DNA of 55,015 nt from Thermoleophilia bacterium. GTDB taxonomy: Bacteria; Actinomycetota; Thermoleophilia; BMS3ABIN01. Below the pieces are notes generated by a model. It was not told the origin of the DNA. It saw only the letters and a list, made by a program, of their open reading frames with translations, and did not search any database. The stretch is taken from positions 1 to 55,015 of the forward strand of contig JACWAD010000024.1 in the NCBI GenBank assembly GCA_014874175.1, in the 5' to 3' direction. The translations under genes and the position numbers were made by a program. Shown here in pieces: positions 51,798 through 55,015 of this stretch (positions are counted from its first letter, which is position 1; each line of letters opens with the position of its first letter).

Positions 51798-52082
51798 GCT
51801 TTTTCCTGCCGGACGCTTCCGCGGGCAGCACGAAGCCTGCGCATGATTGGGCTGCCGGAGCGTCCATTGGGTTTCATCGAACATTAAACTGCTTCAACTT
51901 CGGCTGCCGATCCCCTTTAATTTAGTAACTATCTCAAATGTCATTCTGCTGCAACCGGCTGCAAAGGCCATGGGCGGCGTTCGAACTGCGCCTGACCGCC
52001 GGCCTCCCTGATATGACCGGGTCAAGGCCTTAAGAAAATTTCTCCAAAAACGATAATTAGATATATTTGTTTGGGGGCGGAT

Positions 52083-53477
52083 ATGTCTGTTTTTAACCAG
52101 CTCAGGAGCCGGAGCCTGCTTTACGGGACTGGCGGAGCTATTCTGGGTTTTGCTTACGCCTTTTTTGCCGTCGGGCTTGATAGAGCACTGGGCACAGGCT
52201 CCAGCCTGCACCTGCTGCTGGCGCCTGTGCTGCTGGGCGTGCTGGCGCTTGTAATCGGCAGGGAACAGGACCGGATCCGCTACCAGGCGAGAGGACTGGA
52301 TGACGCCAGACAGCGTTTTTCTTCCCTTACCCATGACGCCATCACCGAGCGCGACTGGGACGTCAGCTTCTATGACCCGCAGATCCCCACCTGCTGGCAG
52401 GTCAAGCACTGCCAGCAGACCGATTGCCCTTCGTACGGCAAGCAGCACATCCGCTGCTGGCTGCTGGCCGGCACTTTCTGCCGTGGGGAGGTGCAGGGCC
52501 ACTTTGCCCAGAAACTTGGCAACTGTGCCAAATGCGATGTTTACCAGGAGGCGGTGGGACGGGATCCGATTAACGAGATCGGTGAGAACTTCAACGGCCT
52601 CATGTGGGCGCTGAGGGAAAAGGAGGACCTGCTCACGGGTGCAAACAGCGAACTGCAGGCACAGTATGCTTCGCTGGAGCGACTGCAAAAGCAGACGAGG
52701 GAGCTTGCCGACACAGACATGCTCACCGGTCTTAGAAACCACCGCCACTTCCAGCAGCATCTGAAGGGCCAGGTGATCCTGGCAAGGCAGCAGGAAGCGC
52801 CGCTGTCACTGATGATGCTTGACCTGGATTTCTTCAAGTCTGTCAATGACAAGTTTGGCCACCAGAAAGGCGACGCCGTCCTCAGCCGCCTGGAAGGCGC
52901 CAGCCTGCAGACCATCCGCGCCCTGGCCGAGGCAGTCGACACCAGTGACCAGTATTCCGACAAATATGCCCTTCGCATGAACGGCATGGCCGCAAAGATT
53001 GCAGGCAGGCTGGGCCTGGATTCCAAACAGGCAGACGCCCTGGCGCTGGCCGCAAAGCTTCATGATGTGGGCAAGCTGGGCGTTCCCGGCTCGGTTTTGA
53101 GAAAGAAGGAAAAACTGTCGCCCAGCGAACTTTCGCTGGTAAAGCGCCACCCCGAGATAGGCCGGCGGATGCTGCAGGAGATTGAGCAGATCCAGGAACT
53201 TGTCGCGGCAATTCTTTACCATCACGAGCGCTGGGACGGCAACGGCTATCCCGAGCGCCTTAAAGGAGAGCAGATCCCGCTGATGGCGCGCATCGTCGGC
53301 ATCATGGACGCCTACCGGGCCATGCTCAGCGACCGCCCCTACCGCAAGGCGCTCACACCACAGGAGGCAAATGCCGAGCTGAGGAAAGGGGCCGGCACGC
53401 AGTTCGACCCGCACCTGGTGGAGATGTTCATTGAGCTTGCCGGTGAGCCGGATCAGGAGTTGAAACAGGCAGTTTAA
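52083..53477 (+). CDS. Membrane protein with a Cys-rich CW domain, half a GGDEF domain and an HD-GYP domain
   Basis: Two TM helices; CW...C...CP...CW..AGT.C...C..C; TD.LTGL.N...DLDFFK.VND.FGH..GD joined directly to HDVGK...HHERWDG.GYP. Confidence 0.85.
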   Translation: MSVFNQLRSRSLLYGTGGAILGFAYAFFAVGLDRALGTGSSLHLLLAPVLLGVLALVIGREQDRIRYQARGLDDARQRFSSLTHDAITERDWDVSFYDPQIPTCWQVKHCQQTDCPSYGKQHIRCWLLAGTFCRGEVQGHFAQKLGNCAKCDVYQEAVGRDPINEIGENFNGLMWALREKEDLLTGANSELQAQYASLERLQKQTRELADTDMLTGLRNHRHFQQHLKGQVILARQQEAPLSLMMLDLDFFKSVNDKFGHQKGDAVLSRLEGASLQTIRALAEAVDTSDQYSDKYALRMNGMAAKIAGRLGLDSKQADALALAAKLHDVGKLGVPGSVLRKKEKLSPSELSLVKRHPEIGRRMLQEIEQIQELVAAILYHHERWDGNGYPERLKGEQIPLMARIVGIMDAYRAMLSDRPYRKALTPQEANAELRKGAGTQFDPHLVEMFIELAGEPDQELKQAV

Positions 53478-53491
53478 ACTTTGCTGATCTT

Positions 53492-53519
53492 TCATCCGGA
53501 GCCGCAGGCGAAGGATCCC
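53492..53519. repeat. Degenerate half REP-like element
   Basis: tcatccggagccgcaggcgaaggatccc. Confidence 0.5.
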
Positions 53520-53584
53520 GGCTTATAATCCTGATATTTCGCCGCCCTGGCTCCTCTGAGACCGTCCTGCTTTGAGCTTCCCTG

Positions 53585-53613
53585 TTGAAATCCGGTTTTG
53601 AGTTCAATAAGAT
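53585..53613 (+). promoter_or_regulatory. Sigma70-type promoter of the leuA leader
   Basis: TTGAAA-N17-TAAGAT. Confidence 0.6.
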
Positions 53614-53622
53614 GTTTACTTG

Positions 53623-53748
53623 ATGGTTTCCTTTACTGCACACAGCTGGCAAGTGGAAGCCTCCCCCGCGGGAGGCGGCCTGAGGCTGCCTGCCGCCGCT
53701 ACCCTTCTCGCTTTGCTTCTCCTCCCCCGGCCGGGGGAGATCATCTAG
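53623..53748 (+). CDS. Leucine-rich leader peptide (41 aa) of the leuA attenuator
   Basis: MVSFTAHSWQVEASPAGGGLRLPAAATLLALLLLPRPGEII*; six Leu in seven codons. Confidence 0.7.
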   Translation: MVSFTAHSWQVEASPAGGGLRLPAAATLLALLLLPRPGEII

Positions 53749-53750
53749 CA

Positions 53751-53789
53751 GTTTGCCCGTGCGGCAAACCCGTTACTTTTCTTTTTTTT
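53751..53789 (+). terminator. Attenuator-like hairpin followed by a T-rich tract
   Basis: gtttgcc-cgtgc-ggcaaac, then ccgttac and ttttcttttttt. Confidence 0.5.
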
Positions 53790-53825
53790 ACATTAAACCT
53801 TTTTGTGGTTTACTGAGGAGAAGCA

Positions 53826-55015
53826 ATGAGTTCTGAGCGCATATTCATATTCGATACGACGCTTCGCGACGGCGAGCAGTCGCCAGGCATCAGCCTCAAC
53901 TCGTTCGAGAAGCTGGAGATTGCCGAGCAGCTTGCCCGCCTGGGCGTCGATGTCATCGAGGCCGGCTTTCCCGTTTCTTCACCGGGCGATTTCGAGGGCG
54001 TCAGCAAGATCGCCGGCAGCGTCTCTGGCGTCACCGTCTGCGCCCTGGCGCGCGCCATCGATAGAGATGTAACCACTGCCTGGGACGCCATCAAGGAAGC
54101 CGAGCGGCCGCGCATTCATACTTTCATCTCAACCAGCGACATACACCTGGAGCACCAGCTGCGCAAGTCTCGCGCAGAGGTGCTGGAAATCGCCGGGAGG
54201 ATGGTGGCGCTGGCGAGGAGCCTGTGCGACGATGTTGAGTTCTCGGCGATGGACGCAACCCGCAGCGATCCCGACTACCTGGCCAGCGTGCTGGCGGCGG
54301 CGGTTGAGGAAGGGGCCGGCACGATCAACATCCCGGACACAGTCGGCTACGCCATACCCTCCGAGTTCGGCGATTTCATCCGCGGCCAGTTTAAGCGCGT
54401 CCCTGCGCTTCATGACGTTGTGGTCAGCGTTCACTGCCACAACGACCTGGGGCTGGCGGTGGCCAACTCGCTGGCCGCCATCGAAGCCGGAGCCACGCAA
54501 ATCGAGTGCGCCATCAATGGCCTGGGCGAGCGCGCCGGCAATGCTTCCCTGGAAGAGATCGTCATGATCCTGAAGACGCGCCACGCCGGGCTGGGCCGGG
54601 TCACTAATGTCAACACCACCGAGATCACCCGCACCAGCCGCCTGGTGAGCCAGCTGACCGGCTACGACGTGCAGCCAAACAAGGCGATCGTGGGCAAGAA
54701 CGCCTTCGCGCACGAGTCGGGCATACATCAGGACGGCGTGCTGAAGGAGCGCACCACTTACGAGATCATGAACGCGGCCAGCGTCGGCCGCGGACAGAGC
54801 GACATCGTCCTGGGCAAGCACTCGGGACGCCACGCCTTAAAAAGCGCCATGGAGGAGCTGGGCTTCAAGCTGTCGGACGGGGAGCTGAACCAAGCCTTTG
54901 TTCACTTCAAAAAAATTGCCGACCGCAAGAAGCAGGTGACGGCGGTCGACCTGGAGCACCTGGCCAGCGAGGATCTGCGCGAGTTGTCCGACATCTTTGA
55001 GCTCAGGTCCTATGA
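53826..55015 (+). CDS. leuA: 2-isopropylmalate synthase (runs off the right window edge; absent from the ORF track)
   Basis: [50 protein letters not shown] and LGKHSGR motifs; RBS GAGGAG. Confidence 0.96.
   Translation, partial: MSSERIFIFDTTLRDGEQSPGISLNSFEKLEIAEQLARLGVDVIEAGFPVSSPGDFEGVSKIAGSVSGVTVCALARAIDRDVTTAWDAIKEAERPRIHTFISTSDIHLEHQLRKSRAEVLEIAGRMVALARSLCDDVEFSAMDATRSDPDYLASVLAAAVEEGAGTINIPDTVGYAIPSEFGDFIRGQFKRVPALHDVVVSVHCHNDLGLAVANSLAAIEAGATQIECAINGLGERAGNASLEEIVMILKTRHAGLGRVTNVNTTEITRTSRLVSQLTGYDVQPNKAIVGKNAFAHESGIHQDGVLKERTTYEIMNAASVGRGQSDIVLGKHSGRHALKSAMEELGFKLSDGELNQAFVHFKKIADRKKQVTAVDLEHLASEDLRELSDIFELRSY

Noticed and set aside
51798-52070. c-di-AMP (ydaO) or c-di-GMP-II riboswitch upstream of the NlpC/P60 or HD-GYP genes
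   Set aside because: Only a GC hairpin and a TGCAACCGGC fragment are present; the conserved cores are missing.

Overview
A GC-rich chromosomal core region with no prophage, integrase, transposase or CRISPR array. GroEL, EF-G2, LeuA and CIRCE style suggest an Actinomycetota of the Thermoleophilia/Rubrobacteria type; this is inference only. Housekeeping genes: tRNA-fMet, relA, recJ, nfu, a second EF-G, fpg, groES/EL with CIRCE, ybdK-like, lysA, hpt, tpiA-gpmI-secG, aroE, kynB-like, a glycogen debranching enzyme, ilvD-like, hom-thrC-apgM and leuA. There is also a type IV pilus locus: pilB-pilT-pilC, a sigma factor, a c-di-GMP-I riboswitch, the major pilin and four minor pilins. Features missed or mis-called by the ORF track: (1) a glutaredoxin-like Uxx-star selenoprotein with UGA read-through and a SECIS-like hairpin, upstream of a TlpA lipoprotein; (2) a Leu-rich leader peptide whose Leu codons pair perfectly over 12 nt with the leuA ribosome-binding site; (3) a V4R-GGDEF gene at the left edge; (4) three c-di-GMP-enzyme-like genes that all have a degenerate, truncated or deleted cyclase domain; (5) layered c-di-GMP control of the pilus (MshEN, riboswitch, embedded sigma factor, sigma28-like promoters); (6) a candidate CU-rich sRNA; (7) a PD-(D/E)xK-like protein coupled to hpt; (8) dispersed REP-like palindromes and heptamer arrays. 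All calls come from reading motifs by eye; no searches were run.
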